Positions 9,952-19,855 of a stretch of DNA of 61,271 nucleotides are shown one piece after another. Both the position numbers and the translations under genes were made by a program. Position 1 is the first letter of the stretch, and each line of letters starts with the position of its first letter. Location of the stretch: the NCBI GenBank assembly GCA_031409655.1, contig JANNXQ010000131.1, positions 1 to 61,271 on the forward strand, given 5' to 3'. The DNA comes from Chthoniobacteraceae bacterium (GTDB lineage: Bacteria > Verrucomicrobiota > Verrucomicrobiia > Chthoniobacterales > Chthoniobacteraceae). The notes under the pieces are model-generated. The model did no database searches, was not told the origin of the DNA, and saw only the letters and a program-made list of their open reading frames with translations.

Positions 9952-10035
9952 GTAGTGCGCCAACACGCCAAAAAAAACTCCTGTTCTTTGGCGGCGGTGG
10001 GCTGTTCAAGTGCGAGTCCTTGATGAAGAAGAACG

Positions 10036-10125
10036 ATCCTCAGATTTCGCCGATGGACGCAGATTTTTGCCGCTGGTACGGCTGCGATCATTCTTTCTCT
10101 GCGAAAATCTGCGCAATCTGCGGAT
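10036..10125. repeat. Inverted repeat with 9-nt periodicity (CGCAGAT units)
   Basis: Left arm ATCCTCAGATTTCGCCGATGGACGCAGA; right arm TCTGCGAAAATCTGCGCAATCTGCGGAT. Confidence 0.75.
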
Positions 10126-10131
10126 GAACCC

Positions 10132-11724
10132 ATGACGTCCCGAGAACTTTTCGCCCGCGAGGCGCTCGCGCAGGTTCCGAAGATCCTGACCCTCCAGGAT
10201 CGCAATGCCCACTCGGCGACCTACGGCTGCTTTGACCGGAACTTCTGGCACTACAAGATCATCGATTTCCCGAGCGGGATGGCCCAGGAGTTTGTCTGGC
10301 CGCTGGCCCTCGCCTACTCGCTCGCGATCCCCAGCAATCCCTTCTACCACCAGGCCGCGATCAAGGAATGGGCCGCCGCGGGCATCCGCTACGCCGCCCG
10401 GAGCGCGCATCCGGATGGCTCGTGCGACGATTACTTTCCCTACGAAAAGGCGGCTGGCGCGGCGGCCTTTACCTTACTCGCGTGCCTGGAGACTTATCGG
10501 CTGCTCGGGCTGCATGATGAGGAGATGCTGGAGTTCTTTGCCAAGCGCGCGGACTGGCTCGCCGGGCATCACGAGAGCGGGCGGCTCACGAATCATCAAG
10601 CGCTCATCGTCCTGTGTTTGGAAAAGGCCGGGCGACTTTTTGAGAGCCAGAGCTGGGATAAGCTGAAGGCGAAGCGCTTCAAGCGTGTGCTCGAGTGGCA
10701 GAATGAAGAAGGCTGGTTTCAGGAATACGAAGGCTGTGACCCTGGTTACCACACCCTGACCATCGGCCTGCTCGCGCAGCTTTACGCACTTACCCCCAGC
10801 GAGCCGCTCAAGATCGCGCTCCAAAAAGCGATCCTCTTTGCCGCGCACTTTGTCCATCCCGATGGCTCCTTCGGCGGCGAATACACCAGCCGCAATACTT
10901 ACAACTTCTTCCCGCACGGCTTTGAACTCGCGGGTCAGTGGCTGCCCGCGGCGCTGGAGATCAATGATCGCTTCCTCACCGGTCTCGCCGCGGGCCTCGG
11001 CTCTTGTTACGCCGACGACCACATCATCGGGCATCACACCTGGAGCTATCTGCTCGCTTACGAGCACTGGATCGCCCAGCGCCCAGCGCCCACGCCGCGC
11101 CCCGAAGGCCGTCTGCATTTCAAGGAAGCCAGCATCATCATCGAGCGCCACGGCAGCGCCGTCCTCTACCTCGCGCTGAACAAAGGCGGCGTCTTCAAAT
11201 TTTTCCGAGAAGGCAAGCTCGTCCACAGCGACACGAATTTCTCCGCGCGCGTGGAGGATGGCAAGGTGCGCACCGCCGTGGCGCACATGGTCGCAAAGTA
11301 TGACGTCAAGCTCAGCGACACCGAGATCACCATCCGCGGCAAGCTCGGCTGGGCGAAGACCAAAGGCATGACGACCTTTAACCTCGTGGTCCTGCGCTTC
11401 CTCATGCTCAGCGTCGGCCGCTTCTTTCCCGACCTCATCCGCAAGCTACTCCAGCGCATCCTGATCACCGGAAAAAAAGCCGCACCGCTCAGCTTCACCC
11501 GCCGGCTGGTCTGGGATCGCGATCGGCTGCAAGTGCAGGACGAGCTCCTCGCGAAGGATTGGGAGAAAGTGCGCGCCGTCGGTATTGGCGCGTCGCAGAC
11601 CTCCATCTACGTGGTGATGAGCCGCACCTATCAGGCCGGCCAGATGCAGTCCTGGCTCGATCTTACCGAACAAGTGCGCGCGCTCGCCATCGACGCCCCG
11701 CTGAAGCTGGATCGACCCTTATAA
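10132..11724 (+). CDS. Conserved hypothetical protein, alpha/alpha-toroid (heparinase II/III-like or prenyltransferase-repeat)
   Basis: Repeated H/Q-x-x-G-x-F/W motifs (HPDGSC, QNEEGWF, HPDGSF), NHQAL, EYEGCDPGYH; strong coding bias. Confidence 0.7.
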   Translation: MTSRELFAREALAQVPKILTLQDRNAHSATYGCFDRNFWHYKIIDFPSGMAQEFVWPLALAYSLAIPSNPFYHQAAIKEWAAAGIRYAARSAHPDGSCDDYFPYEKAAGAAAFTLLACLETYRLLGLHDEEMLEFFAKRADWLAGHHESGRLTNHQALIVLCLEKAGRLFESQSWDKLKAKRFKRVLEWQNEEGWFQEYEGCDPGYHTLTIGLLAQLYALTPSEPLKIALQKAILFAAHFVHPDGSFGGEYTSRNTYNFFPHGFELAGQWLPAALEINDRFLTGLAAGLGSCYADDHIIGHHTWSYLLAYEHWIAQRPAPTPRPEGRLHFKEASIIIERHGSAVLYLALNKGGVFKFFREGKLVHSDTNFSARVEDGKVRTAVAHMVAKYDVKLSDTEITIRGKLGWAKTKGMTTFNLVVLRFLMLSVGRFFPDLIRKLLQRILITGKKAAPLSFTRRLVWDRDRLQVQDELLAKDWEKVRAVGIGASQTSIYVVMSRTYQAGQMQSWLDLTEQVRALAIDAPLKLDRPL

Positions 11725-11753
11725 GTCTCGGACAAGTAGCGAATGACGAAAGT

Positions 11754-12830
11754 ATGTTAGTAATCTCCCTCCCGGAAGTAGTGTCCCTCGTCGGCGGAAA
11801 AATCCTCGCGGGCGGACCGGACATCACCATCCACGGCTTCGCGTCGCTGAAGGAGGCCCGTGCAGGCGACCTGAGCTTCTTTCACGATCACCGCTACGAA
11901 TCGCGCCTCCTCGCGACCAGGGCTGGCGCGGTCCTCGTGCCCCTGGCCTGCGTCGTCTTTCCGGAAAACGTGACCTGCATCGGCGTCAGCGATCCGTCGC
12001 GCGCTTTTGAAAAAATCGTTGAGACCTATGGCGTCCAACCGACGCCTTTCGTCCCTGGCATCCATCCTTCCGCCGTCCTCGCCGACTCCGCGAAGCTCGA
12101 TCGTCAGGCCGTCTCGATTGGGGCCAATGCCGTCATCGGCGAAGAGGCCGAAATCGCCGATGGCGTGGAGATCGGGGCGGGGAGTTATGTCGGACGACAA
12201 GTCTCCATTGGGCGCGACTCCAAGCTCTTTGCCAATGCCACCGTGCATCTCGGCTGCAAGCTCGGCGAGCGCGTCATCCTGCACTCCGGCGTCGTCATCG
12301 GCGCAGATGGCTTTGGCTACGAGTTTGAAAAGGGGCGCCACCGGAAGATCCGCCAGTCCGGCATCGTCCAGATCGACAACGATGTGGAAGTGGGCGCGGG
12401 CAGCATGATCGACCGGGCGCGCTTTGGCCGCACCTGGATCGGCGAAGGGACGAAGATCGATAATCTGGTCCAGATCGGCCATAACGTCGTCATGGGTCGG
12501 CACTGTATCGTCGTCGCCTGCGTGGCCATCGCCGGGAGTGCGGTGATCGGAGACTACGTCGTCATCGCCGCGCAGTCGGGCATTGCCGGCCACGTCTCCG
12601 TCGGCTCGCAAACCACCCTCGGCGGGCGCTCGGGAGTAACGAAGGACCTTCCCGGCGGTCAAACCTATCTCGGCTTTCCCGCAGTGCCGATGAACGAAGA
12701 GCGCCGCCGCATCGCCAGCGTAAATCGTCTCCCGCAACTCCTCGCGCGGGTCAAAGACCTCGAGGCCCGCCTCAAAGCCATGGAGCAACATCTTGGCCGG
12801 AGTACACCGAGTTCGCCCGCCGGAAAGTAA
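11754..12830 (+). CDS. lpxD: UDP-3-O-acylglucosamine N-acyltransferase
   Basis: Hexapeptide repeats, IGADGFGY, IDRARFG.T.IG.GTKIDNLVQIGHN, SGIAGH. Confidence 0.95.
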   Translation: MLVISLPEVVSLVGGKILAGGPDITIHGFASLKEARAGDLSFFHDHRYESRLLATRAGAVLVPLACVVFPENVTCIGVSDPSRAFEKIVETYGVQPTPFVPGIHPSAVLADSAKLDRQAVSIGANAVIGEEAEIADGVEIGAGSYVGRQVSIGRDSKLFANATVHLGCKLGERVILHSGVVIGADGFGYEFEKGRHRKIRQSGIVQIDNDVEVGAGSMIDRARFGRTWIGEGTKIDNLVQIGHNVVMGRHCIVVACVAIAGSAVIGDYVVIAAQSGIAGHVSVGSQTTLGGRSGVTKDLPGGQTYLGFPAVPMNEERRRIASVNRLPQLLARVKDLEARLKAMEQHLGRSTPSSPAGK

Positions 12831-12846
12831 GGCTGCCATTGTCGCC

Positions 12847-14352
12847 ATGCGACTCCCCCCCCTTTTCACGCTCTCCGCTGGGCTGCTGATGCTCCTCAGC
12901 CACGCGACCGCCGCGCCCTTCGCCATTAAGGTCAGCGACGAAGCCACTGGCCGCGGCGTGCCCCTCGTGGAACTCGAGACCGTGAGCCACGTCTCCTTTT
13001 GGACCGACTCAAATGGGCTGATCGCGATCGACGATCCCGACTTACTGCGCCACCGCGTTTTCTTCTACGTGCGCAGCCACGGCTACGTGGTGCCGCCGGA
13101 TGGCTTCGGGATCTACGGTCGCGCCTTTGACCTCGCGCCGGGTGGAAGTGCGGAGGTGAAGCTGAAGCGCACGAACCTTGCCGAGCGACTTTACCGACTT
13201 ACTGGCGACGGCATCTTCCGCGACAGCCGCATCCTCGGCCGGCCCGCGCCGCCGGAGAACAATGGGCTCGTCGCCGGACAAGACACGACCATGGCGGTTC
13301 CTTACGCCGGGAAGATTTTCTGGCTCGGCGGCGACACCATGCGGCTCTCCTATCCGCTCGGCCACTTTCGCACCTGCGGCGCGACGAGCCCGGCGGCAGG
13401 CCTCGATCCGGAGCAATTCATCCCTCGCGAATACTTCACTGGACCGGAAGGTTTCAGCCGCGGCCTGTGGCCCTTCCTCCCAGGAGAAAAGAAACACCTC
13501 CTGATGTGGACGGACGGCGTCCTCGTCGCCCCCGATGCCACGGGCCGCGAGCGCATGATCGCCCACTACGAACTCCACAGCGCGCTGGATAAAGTGGAGG
13601 AACACGGACTCGGCATTTACAACGACGAGACGCAGGTCTTTGATCGCACCCAGACCTATGACCTCGCGGACACCTGGCGGCACCCCCGCGGACAGCCAGT
13701 GATCGGTCGGGAGGAAAATCACGGTTACTTACTTTTCCGCGCCTCGGACAAACATCCCGCGCCCTTTCCTGCGGTCCGCACCAAGGCGACGCTGGCCGCA
13801 CTCAGCGACCCGAAGACTTACGAAGCCTTCACCTGCCTGAACGCGGGCGGCCTCGTGGAGAAGGATGCCGGAGGTCGAGCCGTCTGGAAATGGCGCCGCG
13901 ACGCCTCGCCGCTCACCCAGCCCGACGAAGCCACCCTCCTGCGCAGCGGCCAACTCAGCGAAGCCGATACCCGCTCCCAAGTCCGCGCCGCCAACACCGG
14001 CAAACCCCTCGAGATCCACGCCGGTTCTGTGCGTTGGAATGCTTACCGGAAGAAGTGGGTGCTGATCGCCAGCCAGCGCGGCGGCACCTCCTACCTCGGA
14101 GAAATCTGGTACGCCGAAGCCGACGAAGTCACCGGTCCCTGGCGCGCCGCGCGGAAAATCGTCACGCACGAACACCAGAGCTTCTACAACCCGGTGCAGC
14201 ACGACTTCCTCGACCGCGAAGGTGGCCGCTTCATCTATTTCGAGGGCACTTATACCAACGAATTCTCTGGCAACCCGGCAGCGACCTCTCGCTATCAATA
14301 CAATCAGATCATGTATCGGCTGGACCTGACCGACCCGCGACTGGCCAAGTGA
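12847..14352 (+). CDS. Secreted hypothetical protein, probable beta-propeller (DUF4185-like)
   Basis: Signal peptide; FWLGGDT, SVRWNAYRKKWVL, GEIWYAEA, FYNP, YFEGTY; coding bias. Confidence 0.7.
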   Translation: MRLPPLFTLSAGLLMLLSHATAAPFAIKVSDEATGRGVPLVELETVSHVSFWTDSNGLIAIDDPDLLRHRVFFYVRSHGYVVPPDGFGIYGRAFDLAPGGSAEVKLKRTNLAERLYRLTGDGIFRDSRILGRPAPPENNGLVAGQDTTMAVPYAGKIFWLGGDTMRLSYPLGHFRTCGATSPAAGLDPEQFIPREYFTGPEGFSRGLWPFLPGEKKHLLMWTDGVLVAPDATGRERMIAHYELHSALDKVEEHGLGIYNDETQVFDRTQTYDLADTWRHPRGQPVIGREENHGYLLFRASDKHPAPFPAVRTKATLAALSDPKTYEAFTCLNAGGLVEKDAGGRAVWKWRRDASPLTQPDEATLLRSGQLSEADTRSQVRAANTGKPLEIHAGSVRWNAYRKKWVLIASQRGGTSYLGEIWYAEADEVTGPWRAARKIVTHEHQSFYNPVQHDFLDREGGRFIYFEGTYTNEFSGNPAATSRYQYNQIMYRLDLTDPRLAK

Positions 14353-14356
14353 GCGG

Positions 14357-15328
14357 GTGAAAAAACTCCTCTCGATCCTCAGCAGCGCGCTGATCCTCGG
14401 CCTGATCTATTGGAAGATCGGGCCGGAAAATCGCGGGCGCTTGCTGGAGATCTTCCGCGATTGCGACCGGACTTGGATGGCAGTGAGTCTCGGGATGGTG
14501 GTGCCGCTGACGCTTTTCACTTCGTGGCGGCTGCAACAACTCATGCCGACGGCAGGCCAGCTTGGATTCGGCGAAGCGAACAAATTGATCCTCGTCGCGA
14601 GCGTGCTGAATCTCGTGCTGCCGTCGAAGATGGGCGACATCGCGAAGGCTTGGTTTCTTCGCGATCGCGGGCACCTGAGTGGGACGCTGGCGCTCTCGCT
14701 GGTGGTCTTTGAAAAATCCTGCGACATGCTTTCGCTGCTGCTCTGGTGCGGGTTTGGCCTGGCCATTTATCCGCAGAAGGACGGGGTCTTCTGGGTGCTG
14801 ACCGCAGCGGTGACGACGCTGCTGGTGCTGGGTTGCCTGCTGCTCGGGTCGAAGAGTTTCGCCCAGCTTTTCTTCGACCTCGGGGCGCGTTTCGCACCGG
14901 GGAAGATCGGCGCGAAGCTCGGCAAGCTCTCGGGGTCTTGGAGCGAGATGCATGATTACTTTTGGGCGAGCAAGGCGCGGCTGCTGAAAGTAGCGACGAC
15001 TTCGGTCTTCATCTGGTTCCTGCACTTGCTGCAGATCTGGATGTTTATCCTGGCGCTGCGGGCCAGCGTTCCCTTTGTGCGCAATCTCGCACTCTCGCCG
15101 CTGGCGATCCTGGCGGGGCTGCTGCCAATCCCGACCTTCGGCGGGGCGGGCACTCGCGACGGTGCGCTCGTCGCGCTTTATGCGCCGTACTTTGCGACGC
15201 CGGTGGCGCTTGCGCTTGGGTTGCTTTGCACGGCGCGTTACTTACTCCCGGCGATCGGCGGGCTACCGTTCGCCGGGGAGTATTTTCAGAAAGTGAAGAC
15301 GATGAAGAAGGCGGAACTCGCGGGGTAA
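14357..15328 (+). CDS. Lysylphosphatidylglycerol-synthase TM-domain (UPF0104, flippase-like) protein
   Basis: NLVLPSKMGDIAKA, SLVVFEKSCD, LPIPTFGGAGTRD; multiple TMs. Confidence 0.88.
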   Translation: MKKLLSILSSALILGLIYWKIGPENRGRLLEIFRDCDRTWMAVSLGMVVPLTLFTSWRLQQLMPTAGQLGFGEANKLILVASVLNLVLPSKMGDIAKAWFLRDRGHLSGTLALSLVVFEKSCDMLSLLLWCGFGLAIYPQKDGVFWVLTAAVTTLLVLGCLLLGSKSFAQLFFDLGARFAPGKIGAKLGKLSGSWSEMHDYFWASKARLLKVATTSVFIWFLHLLQIWMFILALRASVPFVRNLALSPLAILAGLLPIPTFGGAGTRDGALVALYAPYFATPVALALGLLCTARYLLPAIGGLPFAGEYFQKVKTMKKAELAG

Positions 15329-15361
15329 GGCTGGCAGGCTCCGGGAAGGTCTTCGTTTGGT

Positions 15362-15461
15362 GTTTGGCAGTTAGCGTTTGAAGTTTGACGTTAAGCCCGC
15401 CCGGATACCTCGAACATTTCGCAGGCCAAGAACGCCAAACTTCAAACGCTAAACGACAAAC
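15362..15461. repeat. Inverted repeat with 7-nt periodicity between convergent genes
   Basis: 31-nt arms GTTTGGCAGTTAGCGTTTGAAGTTTGACGTT / AACGCCAAACTTCAAACGCTAAACGACAAAC, 27/31 complementary. Confidence 0.8.
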
Positions 15462-15487
15462 CACGCCGCTACCGGCACTTCCCTTTC

Positions 15488-17458
15488 TCAAGGAGCTGGC
15501 GTTTCGACGATGGCGCGGACGCCGGTGACCTTCACGCTCTCGTTCGGCTTCGCGAGCTTGAGTTGCACTTCGCAGCGCTCGTCTTCCGCGCCGATCGGGA
15601 TGCTGAAAAACTCCCGGCCGCCTCCCGCGTAGAGATACGGCTTCAGCAAATACTCCGCGGTTTCCTGGCCGCGGGAAGTGAAGCGCAAGCGGATCGACAG
15701 TGCCTCGACGGCTTCCGACGCGGCGTCCAACTGAAAGGACACGTACTTTCCCCGAACCGTTGCTGGGACAGCCCAATTCGCCACCACCGTCCGATTGCTC
15801 TGGCCCGTCCACTCGATGGGTAGCGACGGGATCAGACCGGTGAACTCCGGGGCATTCGCGGCGAGGATGCGGGGGTCGGGCGTCGCGGGAGTGCGGCGGC
15901 GGTAGAAGATCAGGTCCGGGGTGTCGCCTTTGGCGAGGAGGCGGCCGAGGTGCCAGTCCTTTTCCGGCGCGGCAAAGTAACTCCCGAGTGCGGGCTGCGC
16001 GGTGAGCTTTTTCTTTTCGAGCCGCTTGCGGGTGGTGAGCCAGACGAGCTTCCGCGCGTACCAGAATTCATCGCACTGCGCGGCCATCTGCTCGTGCTCG
16101 TCGTCGCGATGGAGGATGGAGTTTGGCGCGAACCACTGGAAGCGCCGGGCGTCGTGACTGCTCGCAAGATAGGCGATCCCGCGCATCGCTTCGTGGGAGA
16201 AGATCTTCGTGCCATCGGGCAAGGCGGCCATGTAACGGCGCAGCTCGGGGATGAAGCCGGGATCGTAGCGGTCGCGCGTGGTGACGGCGGCGCAGAGGGC
16301 GAGGCCAGCCGCTCCGAGTGCGATCGGTCGCCCCCACCACGCGGCCCCGACGCGCGGTGCGGCCAAGGCGCGCCACAGCGCGGTGAGGCCAGTCGCGGCG
16401 AGTACCGAGATCGGGATGACGAGGCCGCAGAGAAAGCGATCCGCATCGCGGATGAGCGGACGCCACGGCCACAAGCTCTGCGGCGCGCAACTGTATTCCA
16501 GATAGAGCGTGACGAACCACACGACCATGAGGCGCCCGGTGATGCCGCCGCGCTTCCACGAGACGCCGATGCCGAGGAGCGCGAGCAGGCAGTAGGCGGG
16601 CGCGAGGGGGTTGCCTTTCCACAGGGTGTCGAAGAAACGCAGCGGCAGATACCAGGCGGGAATGGGTTCGGTGCCCTTGTTGCCTTTGGCGCCGAGATTT
16701 GCGTGGATGTTGTGCAGCCAGTCGCCAAAGAGCCAGCGATAGAAGCCGCACTCCGCACCGTAGAAGAGCGCGGCGAAAACACCGATGAGTACGAGCCAGC
16801 CAAAGCGGCGCGGGAAGAAGCAGAGCGTCGCGACGACGAGCACCGGGACGATGAAGACGCCCGTGATGCGATTCGACTCGATGACGTAGATGAGGAGCCC
16901 GGTGAGCACCGCCCAGAGCAGGGAGCGTCCGCGCGTGCCCGCCAGCATCGCGGCCCACCAGGCGAGGAGCACGGCGCCGCCGAGCACGCCTTCCGAGAGA
17001 TCTGGCATGGGGCGGTAGGCCACGGAGTCGAGCAGCGGATGGAAGAGAAAGGCCAGCGCGCAGGCCCAACCGGCGGCGCTGGACTGAAGCACGCGGCGAC
17101 CAAAGACGAAGGCCACGCACGCGCCGCCCGACAGGTAGAGCAGGGGCACGCCGTAGTAGGCGGCGACGCCGAAGCCGAAGACCGCCTGGAAGATCCAGCA
17201 CCAGATCCAGACGGGCCAGCGCAGATCGTGGAAGCTCTGCACTTGCCAGGCCCTGAGGCCGCGCTCGTGGAGATCAAAGGCGAAGCTCCAGTAGGTGAAA
17301 TCGTCGCCGAAGCCGGGCTCGCGCAGGAAGAGCACGCCCACGCCGCAGGCCACGAGCACGAGGGCGAGGAAGTGCGGCCATAGACGGGCGCCTCCCGCGG
17401 GCGCCGGCCAGGGGGCGGAGAAGACGGTGCGGATGTTTGCGAGCCAGCGAGGTTTCAT
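15488..17458 (-). CDS. GT-C-fold (ArnT/PMT-like) integral membrane glycosyltransferase
   Basis: TM followed by GDDFTYW acidic loop motif, PMPDL, many TMs, RFL motif, soluble C-terminal domain. Confidence 0.7.
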   Translation of the reverse strand: MKPRWLANIRTVFSAPWPAPAGGARLWPHFLALVLVACGVGVLFLREPGFGDDFTYWSFAFDLHERGLRAWQVQSFHDLRWPVWIWCWIFQAVFGFGVAAYYGVPLLYLSGGACVAFVFGRRVLQSSAAGWACALAFLFHPLLDSVAYRPMPDLSEGVLGGAVLLAWWAAMLAGTRGRSLLWAVLTGLLIYVIESNRITGVFIVPVLVVATLCFFPRRFGWLVLIGVFAALFYGAECGFYRWLFGDWLHNIHANLGAKGNKGTEPIPAWYLPLRFFDTLWKGNPLAPAYCLLALLGIGVSWKRGGITGRLMVVWFVTLYLEYSCAPQSLWPWRPLIRDADRFLCGLVIPISVLAATGLTALWRALAAPRVGAAWWGRPIALGAAGLALCAAVTTRDRYDPGFIPELRRYMAALPDGTKIFSHEAMRGIAYLASSHDARRFQWFAPNSILHRDDEHEQMAAQCDEFWYARKLVWLTTRKRLEKKKLTAQPALGSYFAAPEKDWHLGRLLAKGDTPDLIFYRRRTPATPDPRILAANAPEFTGLIPSLPIEWTGQSNRTVVANWAVPATVRGKYVSFQLDAASEAVEALSIRLRFTSRGQETAEYLLKPYLYAGGGREFFSIPIGAEDERCEVQLKLAKPNESVKVTGVRAIVETPAP

Positions 17459-17482
17459 GCGAGCGGACCTCGGATGGGGAGG

Positions 17483-17625
17483 ACCACGGATTTGACAAGG
17501 ACTAGGGGCGCCCTCGCCCCCAGAAGAAGCTCGGGGCGAGGGCGCCCCAACTCCTTGATCGCACCGGCTCCCGAACCATCACCAAAACCCCTCTCCCCAT
17601 CCGTGTCATCTGGGAAATCTGTGGT
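17483..17625. repeat. 9-nt-periodic inverted repeat enclosing a REP-like doublet
   Basis: Outer ACCACGGATTT (17483) / AAATCTGTGGT (17615-17625); inner perfect 16-bp stem GGGGCGCCCTCGCCCC 17505-17520 / 17533-17548. Confidence 0.75.
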
Positions 17626-17627
17626 GA

Positions 17628-19199
17628 TCATCTTTTCATCCCAGTGCCCACCGGGTGAAGCGCGCGGGCGATGCTGAGCCAAAGGCAATCAGCGAGCAGT
17701 GCGAGATAGAGAAACCAAAAGGGCTCGAAGACAAATCGGAACCGCGGGCGGACATTACCCGTGAGCATGATGGTGTAGAAAAAGGCCAGGAGCGTGAGCC
17801 CCCAGGCGATGTGAAAGGGCCGGAGCGCGCCGCTCCGGAGCATCACCGCGAGCAAGCCGAGACCGGCGAGGAGAAAGTAGAAAGGCAAGCCGCGATAGAT
17901 GAAGGGCACCGTCGGGAAATCCCGATCAGGGAAGGCGGCGTCGGGAAAGCGCCACGCATTCACTGCGCGGAGCCAGGCGTCGCTGAGCGCATTGAACCAG
18001 CGGACCTCGCCGTATTGGGTGTCGAGGAAGGCATTCATCTCCGCAGGCGTGGTGATCTTCCGCCCGAAGAGTCCGATGGAGAGGCGGGAGAGATCCTCCA
18101 TTTCGCCAAGATAGGCTTCGCGCTGTTTCTCGAAGAGCCAGTCATTGTCCAAACGTCCGCTCGGCGATTCATTCGCGACGATGCGAAACTTTGAAAAGGC
18201 GTGCGCCGGCATGGCGAAGAAGTTTCGCCGCAGCGTCTCCATCGCAAGCTTGAGGCAAAACGCATTCACGCTGCTGTGCGAATCGGAGTCCGCGAACTCA
18301 GGGCGATCCTTGAGGTAACGGGCGACGGTCTCCGCGATGGCGCGCCGGTCGCGCACTTTCGGGAAGGACGGTTTCTCCGACCACCGCTCGAGGAGATCGG
18401 TGCGGATCGGCCCGATGTAGGCGTCGAAACCTGGCGCGCATTTCAGCTCGGAAGGCGTGAAGCGCGCGAGCGAGGTGTAGAGGAGGAGGCCGGCTTGGGA
18501 CGTCTTTGTCTTGAAATGCGTGAGCACGGCCAGCGCGACGAAGACCACGAGACGCACCCGCTGCGCCCGCCAATCACCCCAATGCAACCACGCAAGCAGC
18601 AGCAGGCCGAAGCCGAAGAGCAGCTTCCCCTCGGGCCGCGCGCCCGCGACGAGGAAGAGCGCGACGCCGAGGAGGATGAAGCGCGGCCTCGTCTGAGCGC
18701 GGGCGTAGAGCGTGCCGGCGGCGGCGACGAGCAGGGTGCAAAAAACGAAGGTCGATTCCGCGAGGAGCGCGTGCTCATACCAGAGCAGGAAAGGATTCAC
18801 CGCGGCGACGAGGGTCAGCGGAATGATGAACACCTTCCACCGCGCGAACCAGAGCCGGCAGAGCAGTCCGACGAGCAGCACCACCCCTAGCCCGAACACA
18901 TGCTGGCCGAGCGGGATGGCGAGCATCGCCGGGACGCGGAGAATGAAGGGAACGGTGAAGGCGACCGGGACGAGAAAGGTCTTCTTTGAGTGCAGATCGA
19001 ACTTGCCCTGATTCATCAGGCGATCCGGCGTGACGAGGAAATCCGGCGCGTCGTCGTGGAAGAAGGCGTAGGGCAACTGCGCCGTCAGCATCCCCCGCAA
19101 GATGAGGCCAACGAGCAAGGCAGGCAGACACCACCGCACGAGTTCGCGCACGCGCGGATTGCGCAGCAGGGAGGTGAAGCAGGCTCGGAGACGGGGCAC
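17628..19199 (-). CDS. GT-C-like polytopic membrane protein
   Basis: TM, HDDAPDF loop, LLAES, ARPEG, C-terminal RPRFRF.FEP; start codon uncertain (GTG 19199). Confidence 0.65.
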   Translation of the reverse strand: MPRLRACFTSLLRNPRVRELVRWCLPALLVGLILRGMLTAQLPYAFFHDDAPDFLVTPDRLMNQGKFDLHSKKTFLVPVAFTVPFILRVPAMLAIPLGQHVFGLGVVLLVGLLCRLWFARWKVFIIPLTLVAAVNPFLLWYEHALLAESTFVFCTLLVAAAGTLYARAQTRPRFILLGVALFLVAGARPEGKLLFGFGLLLLAWLHWGDWRAQRVRLVVFVALAVLTHFKTKTSQAGLLLYTSLARFTPSELKCAPGFDAYIGPIRTDLLERWSEKPSFPKVRDRRAIAETVARYLKDRPEFADSDSHSSVNAFCLKLAMETLRRNFFAMPAHAFSKFRIVANESPSGRLDNDWLFEKQREAYLGEMEDLSRLSIGLFGRKITTPAEMNAFLDTQYGEVRWFNALSDAWLRAVNAWRFPDAAFPDRDFPTVPFIYRGLPFYFLLAGLGLLAVMLRSGALRPFHIAWGLTLLAFFYTIMLTGNVRPRFRFVFEPFWFLYLALLADCLWLSIARALHPVGTGMKR

Positions 19200-19451
19200 G
19201 GGCCGCGAGTTATCGGGGAAGCCGGGCGGGAGGGCAAATCTCAATGCCGGGTCGGTGGAGTTGCCTTCAGACTTGGAAAAGAGCGGACGCGCAAAATGGG
19301 GCGGGATCTGGGGAATGCAGGAGGAGAACCGGGCACTGGAGCTTGTGCGGAAGGTGGCGCAGGACGGCAGCGCCACGGGAAAGTCATGGCAGCCGCGGCT
19401 CGCGGCCCGCCTTTGAGCGCACCGCGATCATCACTTCTGGCCAGAGAAAAA

Positions 19452-19533
19452 TGCCGAGGAGGGGACTCGAACCCCTACACCTTGCGGTACCAGATCCTAA
19501 GTCTGGCGCGTCTGCCAATTTCGCCACCTCGGC
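19452..19533 (-). tRNA. tRNA-Leu(TAG), CCA not encoded
   Basis: GCCGAGG acceptor stem, D-loop TGGCAGAC, anticodon arm CCAGA-CTTAGGA-TCTGG, long variable arm, GGTTCGAGTCC. Confidence 0.97.
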
Positions 19534-19662
19534 TTCTCTGCGGGTGAAAACCGGGCCTCGCGAAGCGAGCACCCGTCCTTCAAGGCGCGTAGTTTATGGA
19601 CCAAGGCGATTCCCGCAATCGCAGATTGGCCTTCTACGCAGGACGCCGACGCCACGCTGTAG

Positions 19663-19848
19663 TTACGGCGCGAGTTCGATCTTGTAGAACATCTTCGCCG
19701 CCTGTCCTGGCAGCAGCGTCCCATCGAGAAAAGTCTGCGTCGGCGCGACATCCGAGAGCACCGAGCCGAGCACGTTGTAGCTCTCAATCCCCGGCGTAGC
19801 CGCTCCGAAAGTCGTGAAGCCCGCGATCGGAAAGGCGATGTCGTCCAT
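19663..19848 (-). pseudogene. Probable C-terminal remnant of a secreted protein, abutting the IS left end
   Basis: ...PTQTFLDGTLLPGQAAKMFYKIELAP*; ends in an FY(K/R)I strand resembling Verrucomicrobia surface-protein C-termini; no N-terminal part present. Confidence 0.4.
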
Positions 19849-19855
19849 GTGTCTT

